From positions 6,286 to 70,285 of the forward strand of contig CAYLLA010000001.1 in NCBI GenBank assembly GCA_964384555.1: 64,000 nt of DNA. The letters are read 5' to 3'. Below are positions 20,844 through 30,077 of the stretch, in pieces. The translations under genes and the position numbers were made by a program. The notes below the pieces were generated by a model that did no database searches, was not told the origin of the DNA, and saw nothing but the letters and a program-made list of their open reading frames with translations. The DNA comes from an uncultured Ruminococcus sp. Its GTDB lineage: Bacteria > Bacillota > Clostridia > Oscillospirales > CAG-272. Within the stretch, counting starts at the first letter, position 1; each line of letters starts with the position of its first letter.

Positions 20844-20967
20844 AAAAGTATCCCTCCGGTCTCACTTGGTCAGCACCCGCGGTGCTGTGAAAATAATAAA
20901 CTGCAAACCATGATCGCCTGCCGTGCGTATGATCGGGCTCGTCCGACTGTTTCTTGGTCTGTAAACA

Positions 20968-21732
20968 TCATAAATATATCATAACGGTATCGCGGGCGGT
21001 AAAAAGCTCGCTCATTCGGCGGCGGAGCTTAAAATAAAACCTCCGCCGTATCATATAAACGCCAGCCCTCTCCCGCCGCATCGAGCTGTAGCCGCCGCGC
21101 CCTCCGGCACCACGTGAGGATATAATATAGGGCGATACGATAAGCACGGTGCCGCCCGCGGCAAGTGATCCCGCGTGCCTTGTAAGTGTGCCGCCGCGGC
21201 CAAGTGCTTGCGGGTCGCGCGGCGGAAATACGAATGTCACGCCGCCGTTTTGCGCCGATCGGCGTACCGCGGCAAGGTCGGCGGCCGAGCTTATTGCGGC
21301 ATCCACCTCCGCGGCAAACAGCCAAAGCAGGGCGGCAGGGGAGAGCGCCAGCAAAATACCCGCCACTATCATAAATGCCGCCAATGCCGCGCCGGCCTCT
21401 ATCGCCGCCATGATCACCGTAAAGGTTCGAAAAACAGCGGAGAGCAAGCGAAAACGGCTGAAAAAGCAGCATATATCCTCCCAAAGTTCAAAGCCGCGGG
21501 TGGCGCGTGCCGTATTAAAAAGGAAGGCCGTATAGCTGTAGCCGGAAAAACGCTTTTTATCAAGCACCGCGTTTGCAATATACCGCTCGCTCCTGCGCCC
21601 GGAGCGCGAGCCGAGTACGGCAAGTCGCCGCGTATCCCGCTCGATCCTTGCGCGAAGCCAAGCCTCCTCGCTAAACGGCGCGCGACGTGCAGTTTTGTGT
21701 CTATCTTTATTATCTGATATAAAGTATATCAT
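20968..21732 (-). CDS. hypothetical Arg-rich membrane protein
   Basis: The start is set at ATG 21732 (MIYFISDN...) behind a GAGGTG RBS. The centre holds 2-3 hydrophobic helices (FTVIMAAIEAGAALAAFMIVAGILLALSPAALLWLFAA). No recognisable family. Confidence 0.45.
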   Translation of the reverse strand: MIYFISDNKDRHKTARRAPFSEEAWLRARIERDTRRLAVLGSRSGRRSERYIANAVLDKKRFSGYSYTAFLFNTARATRGFELWEDICCFFSRFRLLSAVFRTFTVIMAAIEAGAALAAFMIVAGILLALSPAALLWLFAAEVDAAISSAADLAAVRRSAQNGGVTFVFPPRDPQALGRGGTLTRHAGSLAAGGTVLIVSPYIISSRGAGGRGGYSSMRRERAGVYMIRRRFYFKLRRRMSELFTARDTVMIYL

Positions 21733-21932
21733 ATTTTTCACCTCATGACAATGATTTGCGAAAAACAAATTTGTTATTCTGCTTTTTTCGGCAAAATTGT
21801 TATTGAAAAAAAAGCGTTTTTGTTGTATACTTGACTGTGACGGAACGGATCGCAGAGTTTTAGATTTGATTTCAAGCGTTATTTCATGCATCATCATGAA
21901 ACCGTCACAAAGTGTCTTTATAATATAGGCAA

Positions 21933-23603
21933 ATGAAAAAAGCGCAAAGGAGATCCAATGTTATGATTGAAAATGAAAAGAACATCATTGACTCGGAGAC
22001 CGCAAACGGTGAGTCGGTGAATAACGAATTGCGTGAAAATGAAACAAAGTACGAAACTGAAAAAACAACATCGGCGGGCGAGGTAGCCGTCCCTGCCACA
22101 AATAATGATGCGACTCCGGTCTCGGGCAATACCGAAACATCGGAAAGATCCTTTGGCATTGCTTATATGCCGCAGGGCAGTAACGTGCAGGGCATGAACG
22201 GCAACGCCGCAGGAGTTGACGAGACGGCGGACGGCGGGTACAGATATGTATCCTACGGTGCAACGATGGGCGCGGGAGTCGGCGGAAATTACAACGCCGA
22301 TCTCAACGCCAACGCAAATGCAAATGCAAATGCCAATACCAATGCAAACGCAAATGCATACGCCGGTGCAAACACGAACGCATACGCGGCCACCCCGGCG
22401 GCTCCCCAAAAGGCAAAAAAGAAAAAAGCGCGCTCGGGTAAAAATGGGCATCTCGCGGCAGTGCTCTCCTGCGTGGTGGTAGCTTGCGTGCTTCTTTCCG
22501 GTCTTGCCGCATTCGGCGGAACATTTGTTGCAAACAGGCTTGCTGGGTCGTCCTACAGCGGAAAGCAACCAGATCCCACCCAATCAAGCGGCGGCACGGT
22601 GCAGATGCTCCAGTCCTCGCGTGAGGTGGAAACACTTAAGGTAGATGCAACCGGCAAGCTTATGTCGGTGGCGGAAACGGCGGCACTTGTAAAATCATCT
22701 GTCGTTGAGATCGTTACCGAAACGATAGAGAACAGCTCATACCTCGGGCAGTATGTCCTCAGCGGTGCGGGCAGTGGCGTTATAGTATCCTCCGATGGAT
22801 ATATAATCACTAACCACCATGTTATAGATGGCGCGACAAAGATCACGGTGCGCCTGACCGACGGCAGTGAATATGAGGCCGCGCTCATCGGTTCGGATGA
22901 GCTGGCTGATATCGCCGTGATAAAGATAAAGTCCGCCGAGGGAGTGACACTGAGCGTTGCAGTGCTTGGCGACAGCGATAAGCTCGTTGTCGGCGAGGCG
23001 GTCATTGCCATAGGCAACCCGCTGGGCGAGCTTGGCGGTACGGTAACAGACGGTATCGTCAGCGCACTTGACAGAGAGGTGACTGTGGACGGCAAGAGCA
23101 TGAATCTGCTCCAGACCAACGCGGCCATCAACCCCGGTAACTCGGGCGGCGGCCTGTTTAACCTCTACGGCGAGCTGGTGGGCATCGTTAATGCCAAGTA
23201 TTCAAGCACCGGTGTTGAGGGTCTCGGCTTTGTTATTCCCATCAATAACGCAAAGAGTGTCAGCGAACAGCTGATACAATACGGCTACGTGCGCGGACGT
23301 CCCGCACTCGGCATTACCGTGTATGATGCGGATGTTTACACCGCATGGAGATACTACGGCTCGACACAGGCGGGCGCTTATATCGAGAGCGCCGATGAAT
23401 CTACCGGTCTGCAGCGCGGCGACCGCGTGATAAGCATTGATGAAAATGAGATAGGCAGTGCAAGCGACATCTCAAACTACATCAATACCAAGGCCGTGGG
23501 TGATTCGGTAAGCGTTGTTGTAATGCGCCGCGGCAAAACGGAGCAGCTCAGCATAACGCTTAAGGAAAAAGTGCCGGAGACGGCTCAAAACAGCTCAAAC
23601 TGA
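21933..23603 (+). CDS. htrA: HtrA/DegP-family S1C serine protease with PDZ domain and a long low-complexity N-terminus
   Basis: 556 aa. TM anchor (LAAVLSCVVVACVLLSGLAAF), trypsin-like motifs (TNHHVI, DIAVIK, GNSGGGLFN) and a C-terminal PDZ-like region. Confidence 0.9.
   Translation: MKKAQRRSNVMIENEKNIIDSETANGESVNNELRENETKYETEKTTSAGEVAVPATNNDATPVSGNTETSERSFGIAYMPQGSNVQGMNGNAAGVDETADGGYRYVSYGATMGAGVGGNYNADLNANANANANANTNANANAYAGANTNAYAATPAAPQKAKKKKARSGKNGHLAAVLSCVVVACVLLSGLAAFGGTFVANRLAGSSYSGKQPDPTQSSGGTVQMLQSSREVETLKVDATGKLMSVAETAALVKSSVVEIVTETIENSSYLGQYVLSGAGSGVIVSSDGYIITNHHVIDGATKITVRLTDGSEYEAALIGSDELADIAVIKIKSAEGVTLSVAVLGDSDKLVVGEAVIAIGNPLGELGGTVTDGIVSALDREVTVDGKSMNLLQTNAAINPGNSGGGLFNLYGELVGIVNAKYSSTGVEGLGFVIPINNAKSVSEQLIQYGYVRGRPALGITVYDADVYTAWRYYGSTQAGAYIESADESTGLQRGDRVISIDENEIGSASDISNYINTKAVGDSVSVVVMRRGKTEQLSITLKEKVPETAQNSSN
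22297..22388 (+). repeat. imperfect (AAYGCN)n hexanucleotide repeat encoding (Asn-Ala)n
   Basis: aacgccaacgcaaatgcaaatgcaaatgccaataccaatgcaaacgcaaatgca... encodes NANANANANANTNANANAYAGANTNAYA in the HtrA N-terminal region. Confidence 0.85.
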
Positions 23604-23617
23604 AATTAATAAGCAGA

Positions 23618-23704
23618 GGCTCAGCCCCGCCTGCCGCAAAGGCGCACGTCTCGCCACCAAAGAAAGGTGGGAGTCGCCGCAAAAGGCAGGATAGGGGCTG
23701 AGCC
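23618..23704 (+). other. long imperfect extended hairpin (about 87 nt) downstream of htrA
   Basis: Outer arm ggctcagcccc (23618-23628) pairs with ggggctgagcc (23694-23704). Next tier: cctgcc (23630-23635) pairs with ggcagg (23685-23690). Inner tier: ctcgccacc pairs with ggtgggag around an aaagaaa loop. No U-tract follows directly. Confidence 0.5.
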
Positions 23705-23781
23705 ATGCCGAGTTTGAGAGCTTTTGATAGCCTTTTGAAAGATGCCACGGGTGGCAATTAAAGAATACAGTGAGGACAGCG

Positions 23782-24477
23782 ATGTACAATATATTGGTCG
23801 TTGATGATGAATCGCGCATACGCACGATAATAAAAAAATATGCCGAATTTGAGGGTCATACTGTGACCGAGGCTGCGGACGGCATGGAGGCGGTGCTCCG
23901 TTGTCGTGAGGGCGGTTTTGATATCGTTATCATGGATATCATGATGCCGGAGCTTGACGGCTTTTCTGCCGTCAGAGAGATAAGAAAAAGCTCCGCCGTG
24001 CCAATCATTATGCTCTCCGCCCGCGGTGAGGAATATGATAAGATAAACGGCTTTGGGCTGGGGATAGATGATTACGTTGTTAAGCCCTTCTCCCCCAAGG
24101 AGCTTATGATGCGTATCGAGGCGGTAATGAAGCGTGTCAAGCGCGGCGGCGGTGACACACCGGACGGCAGTCGCCCGCATGAGATAGTTGAAATAGACGA
24201 GGGCGGGTTGCGCGCCGATATCACGGCTCGCTTGGTCTACATCGACGGCGAGCGGGTCGATATGTCGCCCAAAGAGTATGATCTGTTCTTCTACCTGCTT
24301 GCAAACCGCAATATTGCCCTCTCCCGCGAAACGCTTTTGCGTGAGGTCTGGGGGTATGATTTTTACGGCGATGCCCGCACATTGGATACACATATCAAGC
24401 TCCTGCGCAAGAGCCTTGGCAGATATTCCGACCGTGTGGTGACCCTGCGCGGTGTAGGCTACAGATTTGAGGCTTGA
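23782..24477 (+). CDS. OmpR-family response regulator
   Basis: Start at ATG 23782 (MYNILVVDDE); the track uses a GTG at 23770. Receiver motifs are DIVIMDIMMPELDG and KPF. The C-terminus is a winged helix (LTPKEYDLFFYL..., RGVGYRF). Confidence 0.92.
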   Translation: MYNILVVDDESRIRTIIKKYAEFEGHTVTEAADGMEAVLRCREGGFDIVIMDIMMPELDGFSAVREIRKSSAVPIIMLSARGEEYDKINGFGLGIDDYVVKPFSPKELMMRIEAVMKRVKRGGGDTPDGSRPHEIVEIDEGGLRADITARLVYIDGERVDMSPKEYDLFFYLLANRNIALSRETLLREVWGYDFYGDARTLDTHIKLLRKSLGRYSDRVVTLRGVGYRFEA

Positions 24478-24564
24478 TATCGATCCTCAAAACATCATTT
24501 TTTAATATCAACTTTTAAAATCAATAATATCAAAAGATGAGCTAAAAGAGAGGGGTGAGCCCGA

Positions 24565-26094
24565 ATGATCGGCAGTGCTAAAAATGTCAAAACAGCAAAA
24601 AAAGAAAAGCCGCAAAGGGCAGGGCGTGCCGTTAGTGTTCATGCAAGGCTCATCCTTTATTTTGCTTGCTTTGCGGCAGTGATGCTGGTGATAATATGGG
24701 TGCTTCAAATAGGCATGCTCGATTATTTTTACCGCGGCACAAAGCTTGAGGAGCTCACCCATGTGTCAAAGGAGCTTGAGAGTGCTATAGGGGATGAGGA
24801 CCTTGAGAGCCACGCGGTAGACCTTGCCATGGCCTATGATACCTGCATTAGGATCTTTAGGGTCGATTCGGGCTATCTCGGCGGAGAGGTCGTAAGTACG
24901 GATATCGTTCCCGCGTGCCTTATCCATCACCTGCCCACCAATATGCTCAATAATTTCTATCAAAATGCAATAACGAGCGGCGGCTCGTGGTCAACGCAAA
25001 AAAAGCTTGGCCGCGACCGCGCTGACGGCAGCTCGGCAGGGCTGGCGGGTAGTCGCGGCATAAGTGCCGTAAGTGCCGATATAGTTACCGTGGGCGGCGA
25101 GGATTACGTTATCTTTTTAAATACCGAATTTTTGCCCATGAGCTCTACCGTGCGCACGCTTGGCGTGCAGTTTTGGTGGATAGCCGCAGGTGTGCTTGCG
25201 GCGGCGGTGGTGCTCTCCCTCTTCTTCTCACGCAGTATATCAAGACCGCTTGAGGAGATGAACCGCGCGGCCAAGCGATTGGCGGTCGGGGAATATGACG
25301 TTACCTTTTGCGAGGACGGCTATCTTGAAACGCGCGAGCTTGCGGCAACGCTCAACTACGCCGCAGGTGAGATTGCACGTTCCGACAGCCTCCAGCGCGA
25401 GCTGATCTCAAACGTTTCGCACGATCTGCGCACACCGCTGACGATGATATCCGGATATGCCGAGGTCATGCGGGATATCCCGGGCGAGAACTCGCCGGAG
25501 AACCTGCAGATAATAATCGACGAATCGCAACGGCTCTCCGAGCTCGTGACTGATATGCTCGATCTTTCAAAGATCCACGCGGGCGCGAAAACGCCTAACA
25601 TGACCTGCTTTGACCTTACCGAAACGGTTGGGGAGGTCATGGCAAGGTATGAAAAGCTTGTGGCGCATGATGGGTATGATATTTCCTTTGAGGGGAGCGG
25701 CGCGGCACCGGTCTTTGCTGATCGCACCATGATGCTGCAGGTGGTATATAACCTCATAAACAATGCAGTAAACTACACAGGCGATAACAAAAAGGTCACA
25801 GTGCGGGAGAGCATTTACGAACGCATGGGTGTGCGGTACGTCCGTATATCGGTCACCGATACAGGCTCGGGCATCCCGCGCGACCAGATCCCGATGATAT
25901 GGGACAGGTACTATAAGATAGATAAGGTCCACCGCCGCGCCATGGTAGGCACGGGACTTGGACTTTCGATAGTTAAAGAAATACTTCGCACACATAATGC
26001 CGCATACGGTGTTGAAAGCACCGAGGGCGCAGGCTCTACCTTTTGGTTTGAGCTGCCCATCGCCGCGGGCGGCAATGCAGGGGAGGTAATATAA
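24565..26094 (+). CDS. sensor histidine kinase (two TM, extracytoplasmic domain, HAMP, HisKA, HATPase)
   Basis: 509 aa. H-box SNVSHDLRTPL, N-box NLINNAVNYT, and G-boxes DTGSGI and GTGLGLSI. Confidence 0.92.
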   Translation: MIGSAKNVKTAKKEKPQRAGRAVSVHARLILYFACFAAVMLVIIWVLQIGMLDYFYRGTKLEELTHVSKELESAIGDEDLESHAVDLAMAYDTCIRIFRVDSGYLGGEVVSTDIVPACLIHHLPTNMLNNFYQNAITSGGSWSTQKKLGRDRADGSSAGLAGSRGISAVSADIVTVGGEDYVIFLNTEFLPMSSTVRTLGVQFWWIAAGVLAAAVVLSLFFSRSISRPLEEMNRAAKRLAVGEYDVTFCEDGYLETRELAATLNYAAGEIARSDSLQRELISNVSHDLRTPLTMISGYAEVMRDIPGENSPENLQIIIDESQRLSELVTDMLDLSKIHAGAKTPNMTCFDLTETVGEVMARYEKLVAHDGYDISFEGSGAAPVFADRTMMLQVVYNLINNAVNYTGDNKKVTVRESIYERMGVRYVRISVTDTGSGIPRDQIPMIWDRYYKIDKVHRRAMVGTGLGLSIVKEILRTHNAAYGVESTEGAGSTFWFELPIAAGGNAGEVI

Positions 26095-27021
26095 TTGAGT
26101 GAAGCCAACGTAAAAAAGAAAAGATATAATAAAAACGATATTATAAGATATGCCGTCATGGCCGTGTGCGCCGTGATATTCATCGTTTGCATAGTTGAGC
26201 TTTTGGGGATCTTTGCGGAATACCGCGAGTCGGATAAACACTACGACGATATAAACCAAGCGTTTGAATATTCGCCGCTGAATGCCGCCAATGGGTTTAC
26301 CATCTTTCCCATGGTGGGGAACGCCTCGGCCACACCTCTTGCAAGCTACCAAAGCCAAAAGAACAACCCGGGGGCTATCCACATATCGAACAGCGGCGGT
26401 TATGATGTTTCAACAGGAAACGCCGAGTTCCAGCGAGACCTTGCAATGCTCAACTCTCTCTACGGGCAGAACAGCGATACCTTTGGATATATAAGGATAG
26501 ATGATACCAAGATCAATTACCCCATAATGCAGGGGCCGGATAATGATTATTATCTCCAGCGCGGGTTTAATAAAAAATATCTCAAGGTCGGTTCTATCTT
26601 TGCCGATTATCGCAACAGCCGCTCTATAACCGAGAACAAAAACATCATCATTTTTGGTCACAACATGCTCAACGGCAGTATGTTCCACGACCTTGCAAGG
26701 CTTGATCGGGATCTCCATCGGGATGCAGATCAGTACCTCCGTGAGCATGATGAGATAAGGATATCCTCCTTTGACGGCATATATATCTTTAAGATATTCG
26801 CGTTTTATCATACCACCGATGAGGATCCGTATCTGGTCACAAACTTCTTTTCCGATGCGGCGTTTTTGAGCTATTGCAATACGGCAATAGAAAAATCCAT
26901 GCATGATACCGGCATTACGGTGGGGGCGGATGATATCATCCTCACGCTGTCCACCTGCGTAAACGGTAAGCCTACCGAAAGATATGCCTGCCATGCAAAG
27001 CTCGTTGAGATAAAAAAATAA
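26095..27021 (+). CDS. srtB: class B sortase (paralog 1)
   Basis: TTG start abutting the kinase stop, with GGAGG 8 nt upstream. TM anchor. Class B motifs YIRIDDTKINYPIMQGPDNDYYL, IFGHNMLNGSMFHDL and LTLSTCV...RYACHAKL. Confidence 0.85.
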   Translation: MSEANVKKKRYNKNDIIRYAVMAVCAVIFIVCIVELLGIFAEYRESDKHYDDINQAFEYSPLNAANGFTIFPMVGNASATPLASYQSQKNNPGAIHISNSGGYDVSTGNAEFQRDLAMLNSLYGQNSDTFGYIRIDDTKINYPIMQGPDNDYYLQRGFNKKYLKVGSIFADYRNSRSITENKNIIIFGHNMLNGSMFHDLARLDRDLHRDADQYLREHDEIRISSFDGIYIFKIFAFYHTTDEDPYLVTNFFSDAAFLSYCNTAIEKSMHDTGITVGADDIILTLSTCVNGKPTERYACHAKLVEIKK

Positions 27022-27092
27022 GCAGACGAGACACGTTATATCTGTATGTGCGCGCCGTACAGTACCGTATATGTAACTTTTTTTAAAATTGA

Positions 27093-27125
27093 AAGCCCCG
27101 AGTGTTGCAATGAGGGGCTTTTTGT
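27093..27125 (+). terminator. intrinsic terminator after sortase 1
   Basis: aagcccc (27094-27099) pairs with ggggctt (27114-27120), followed by a T-run. Confidence 0.65.
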
Positions 27126-27272
27126 TATATAATAAACCTAACTATCGGAATATGAGTATAATATACATACACGTGCCGCACATAAGAACGGCATTCGCCT
27201 GTTTCCGATCAGCCGCGGCGCGCCTGTCGGTGTTGCTCGCCCTATCTTCGCCTTATCTTGATGGAGGATTTT

Positions 27273-28355
27273 ATGGATCATATCGAGTCGGAAATCACCC
27301 ATAACTCTGCCGCTGCCCGGCCGCTCCCCGCGGGAGTGGCATCGGATAATAAAGATAATATATTTTTAAGATCGCTTGATGAGCTGACGATCGAGGATGT
27401 AGCTCCGGGGCGGGGGGCAAAACGCCGTAAAAAAAGCGCGGCGGGGGTCGCTCGCGCACTGCTTATCGCCGCCTGTGTGATAGTGTTTATCATCTGCATG
27501 ATCGAGCTTGTCGATATACTTGATAACTATAAAAGAGCAGACAGACTCTACGATGATATATCCGCGGCCTTTAACAGCGCAGGGCTTGGCGGCAGTAACG
27601 GTATCATGTCCTCGCTTATGGCGGCATCTATGCCGGATGCACCGCTCGGCACATACTCCGCGCAAAAGGCAAGCGGTTCAAACAGCTCACAGGGCGGTCA
27701 GTCATCATTGCGACCCGCCAAAAGCGTGGAATTTCAGCGCAAGCTGGCATATCTTGAGCTTTTGCGTGACGAAAACCCGGATACCTACGGGTTTATCGTT
27801 ATAGACGGTACAAATATCTCCTATCCCGTTGTGCAATCCACCGATAACAGCTATTATCTTAAGCGCGGCTTCAACGGTTCACAGCTCAGCACAGGCACGA
27901 TATTTGCGGATTTTCGCAATGACCGATGCATTACCGAGAATAAAAATGTCGTACTTTATGGGCATAATATGCTCAACGGCAGTATGTTCCACGATATCGC
28001 AAAGTACGACCGTGACTTTCCGGGTAAGTACGGTGTGCGCTATGACGGCAGTGAGTACGGTGAGGATTTCTTCTCATCACATCGATATATAAAGCTGTTT
28101 ACCTTTGACGGCATCTATACCTTTGAGGTCTTCTCGTTTTACGAAACGACCGAGCGCGACAGATATTTTACAACGAATTTTGCATCCGATGAAGAATTTT
28201 TGGCGTTTTGCGACCGTGCCATCAGCCGTTCGCAGTATGATACCGGTGTTACGATGACGGCAGAGGATGTTATGATAACGCTCTCCACCTGCGTAAATCT
28301 CAGCCCCAGCGGCAGATACGCCTGCCACGCCAAGCTGATAAAGATAGAAAACTGA
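27273..28355 (+). CDS. srtB: class B sortase (paralog 2, longer N-terminal cytoplasmic tail)
   Basis: The preferred start is ATG 27273 (MDHIESE), with GGAGG at 27263-27267. The track start is 27258 (TTG). The motif set matches paralog 1: FIVIDGTNISYPVVQSTDNSYYL, LYGHNMLNGSMFHDI and ITLSTCV...RYACHAKL. Confidence 0.85.
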   Translation: MDHIESEITHNSAAARPLPAGVASDNKDNIFLRSLDELTIEDVAPGRGAKRRKKSAAGVARALLIAACVIVFIICMIELVDILDNYKRADRLYDDISAAFNSAGLGGSNGIMSSLMAASMPDAPLGTYSAQKASGSNSSQGGQSSLRPAKSVEFQRKLAYLELLRDENPDTYGFIVIDGTNISYPVVQSTDNSYYLKRGFNGSQLSTGTIFADFRNDRCITENKNVVLYGHNMLNGSMFHDIAKYDRDFPGKYGVRYDGSEYGEDFFSSHRYIKLFTFDGIYTFEVFSFYETTERDRYFTTNFASDEEFLAFCDRAISRSQYDTGVTMTAEDVMITLSTCVNLSPSGRYACHAKLIKIEN

Positions 28356-28401
28356 CAGCGGTCGGTCATGCCATTGTAAAAAAGACATTAAGACATTAGA
28401 C

Positions 28402-29301
28402 ATGGAAAACATCTATCAGAATAATAAAGATAACGATAAAGCCGCCGACCGCTTTGCGGCGCTGATATGCCCGATATGTGGCGAGCCGCTCGAGGAGACC
28501 GAGCATTCTTATATCTGCGGCGGCGGGCGCGGCAAGCGCCACTGCTTTGACCGCGGTGCCAGCGGGTATGTAAATCTCGCCTTTGTAAAGGGCCACCGCG
28601 CGGTCTCCGGCGACCCTCCGGAGGCGGTACGCTCGCGCACAGAGTTTTTGGAGCGCGGCTATTATCTTCCCGCCGCCGATATGATAGCGGAGCTGGCGGG
28701 CGAATACTGCCCGCGCGGGCTTTTCGTTGATGCGGGTTGCGGCGAGGGTTATTATTCCGTTCGTCTTGCAAATAAAGAGCGTTCGGTCTTTGGTGCAGAT
28801 CTTTCAAAATACGCCGCCGACCGTGCATCAAAGCGTGCCGCGGCGGCGGGCGTACGTGAATATTGCCGCTTTGCCGTGGCGTCGGTGTACGAGCTGCCGC
28901 TGGCGGACGGCTCGGCCGATGCGGTGCTTTCAATGTTCTCCCCCTGCGCCGCGGAGGAATACAGCCGCGTGCTGAAGCCGGGCGGAGTGCTTATAGTTGG
29001 CTGTGCGGGGGAGAGACATCTTTTTGAACTTAAGGCGGCGGTGTATGATACTCCGACCGTCAATGAGGAGCGTGCCGATCTTCCGAGTGCGGATGCGGGG
29101 CTTGAGTCTGTCACCATCAAGCATCTGATCTACACCATGTCCTTTGGCGAGGATAGCGGTGATGACGTGCGCCGCCTGTTTGGCATGACGCCTTATAAAT
29201 ACCGCACATCTGCGGCGGATACGGAACGCCTTGCCGCCATACGTCGGCTTGACTGCACGGCGGATTTTGAATTCAGAGTATACAGAAAAAAGGAAATATA
29301 A
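28402..29301 (+). CDS. RlmA-like 23S rRNA (guanine-N1)-methyltransferase family protein
   Basis: N-terminal Zn-ribbon CPICGEPL...YICGGG...HCFDRGASGYVNL, the SGD...R..FLERGYY motif, and SAM motif I VDAGCGEGYY. Confidence 0.75.
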   Translation: MENIYQNNKDNDKAADRFAALICPICGEPLEETEHSYICGGGRGKRHCFDRGASGYVNLAFVKGHRAVSGDPPEAVRSRTEFLERGYYLPAADMIAELAGEYCPRGLFVDAGCGEGYYSVRLANKERSVFGADLSKYAADRASKRAAAAGVREYCRFAVASVYELPLADGSADAVLSMFSPCAAEEYSRVLKPGGVLIVGCAGERHLFELKAAVYDTPTVNEERADLPSADAGLESVTIKHLIYTMSFGEDSGDDVRRLFGMTPYKYRTSAADTERLAAIRRLDCTADFEFRVYRKKEI

Positions 29302-29304
29302 AAT

Positions 29305-30018
29305 ATGGAGATCACAGTGTGTATTCCAATGTATAACGAAAGTGCGCGCATAGCGGAGACCGCGCGTGTGCTTTACGATTATATGAGCCAAAATTTTGAG
29401 GATTGGGAGATCATTTTTTCGGATGACGGAAGCACCGACGGCAGTGCGGACATAGTGCGTGCACTGGAGCTTCCCGGCGTGCGTGTTACCGGATATAAAA
29501 AGAACCGCGGCAAGGGCTGTGCCGTACGCACCGCGTTTTTGGAGTCGCGCGGCGATTTTGTAATGTTTACCGATGCCGATCTTGCATACGGCACAGAGGT
29601 CATCAGGCGGGCATACGAGCGGCATTTTGCATGCCCGGAGGCAGGGCTTATCATCGGCTCGCGCAACCTCGGGCGTGATGGCTACGAGGGGTATACGTTT
29701 CTCCGCCGCATAGCCTCAAAGGCGTATATAAAGCTGCTTGGTATCGTTGGCGGCTTTAAGCTTTCGGATTCTCAATGCGGCTGTAAGGGCTTTACCGCGA
29801 GCGCGGTAAGCGATATCTTTCCGCGATGTGAGGTCGATGGCTTTGCATTTGATTTTGAGGCCATCCTTTGGGCGGGCAAGCTTGGTATCGATATCGTTGA
29901 GATGCCCGTCAAGGTGATAAACCACGGAGAGTCAAAGGTGCATGTTTTGCGCGATGCTGTAAAAATGCTCTCCGACCTTAACAAAATGAAAAAGCGGATC
30001 CGCAATACCGAGATCTGA
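29305..30018 (+). CDS. family 2 glycosyltransferase (dolichyl-/polyprenyl-phosphate glycosyltransferase-like)
   Basis: 237 aa. GT-A fold motifs VCIPMYNE, EIIFSDDGSTDGS and FTDADL. No TM segments. Confidence 0.8.
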   Translation: MEITVCIPMYNESARIAETARVLYDYMSQNFEDWEIIFSDDGSTDGSADIVRALELPGVRVTGYKKNRGKGCAVRTAFLESRGDFVMFTDADLAYGTEVIRRAYERHFACPEAGLIIGSRNLGRDGYEGYTFLRRIASKAYIKLLGIVGGFKLSDSQCGCKGFTASAVSDIFPRCEVDGFAFDFEAILWAGKLGIDIVEMPVKVINHGESKVHVLRDAVKMLSDLNKMKKRIRNTEI

Positions 30019-30077
30019 AGCGAATACAAAAAGTTTCGTATAATGCCCCAAAAAGATCGAAAGGAGGGGAGTGTACC

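Noticed and set aside
22297-22388. Whether the short tandem repeats could be a CRISPR array or other non-coding repeat locus.
   Set aside because: The units are 6 nt, in frame and without spacers, and they lie inside the htrA ORF. No CRISPR-like repeat-spacer structure was seen anywhere in the window.
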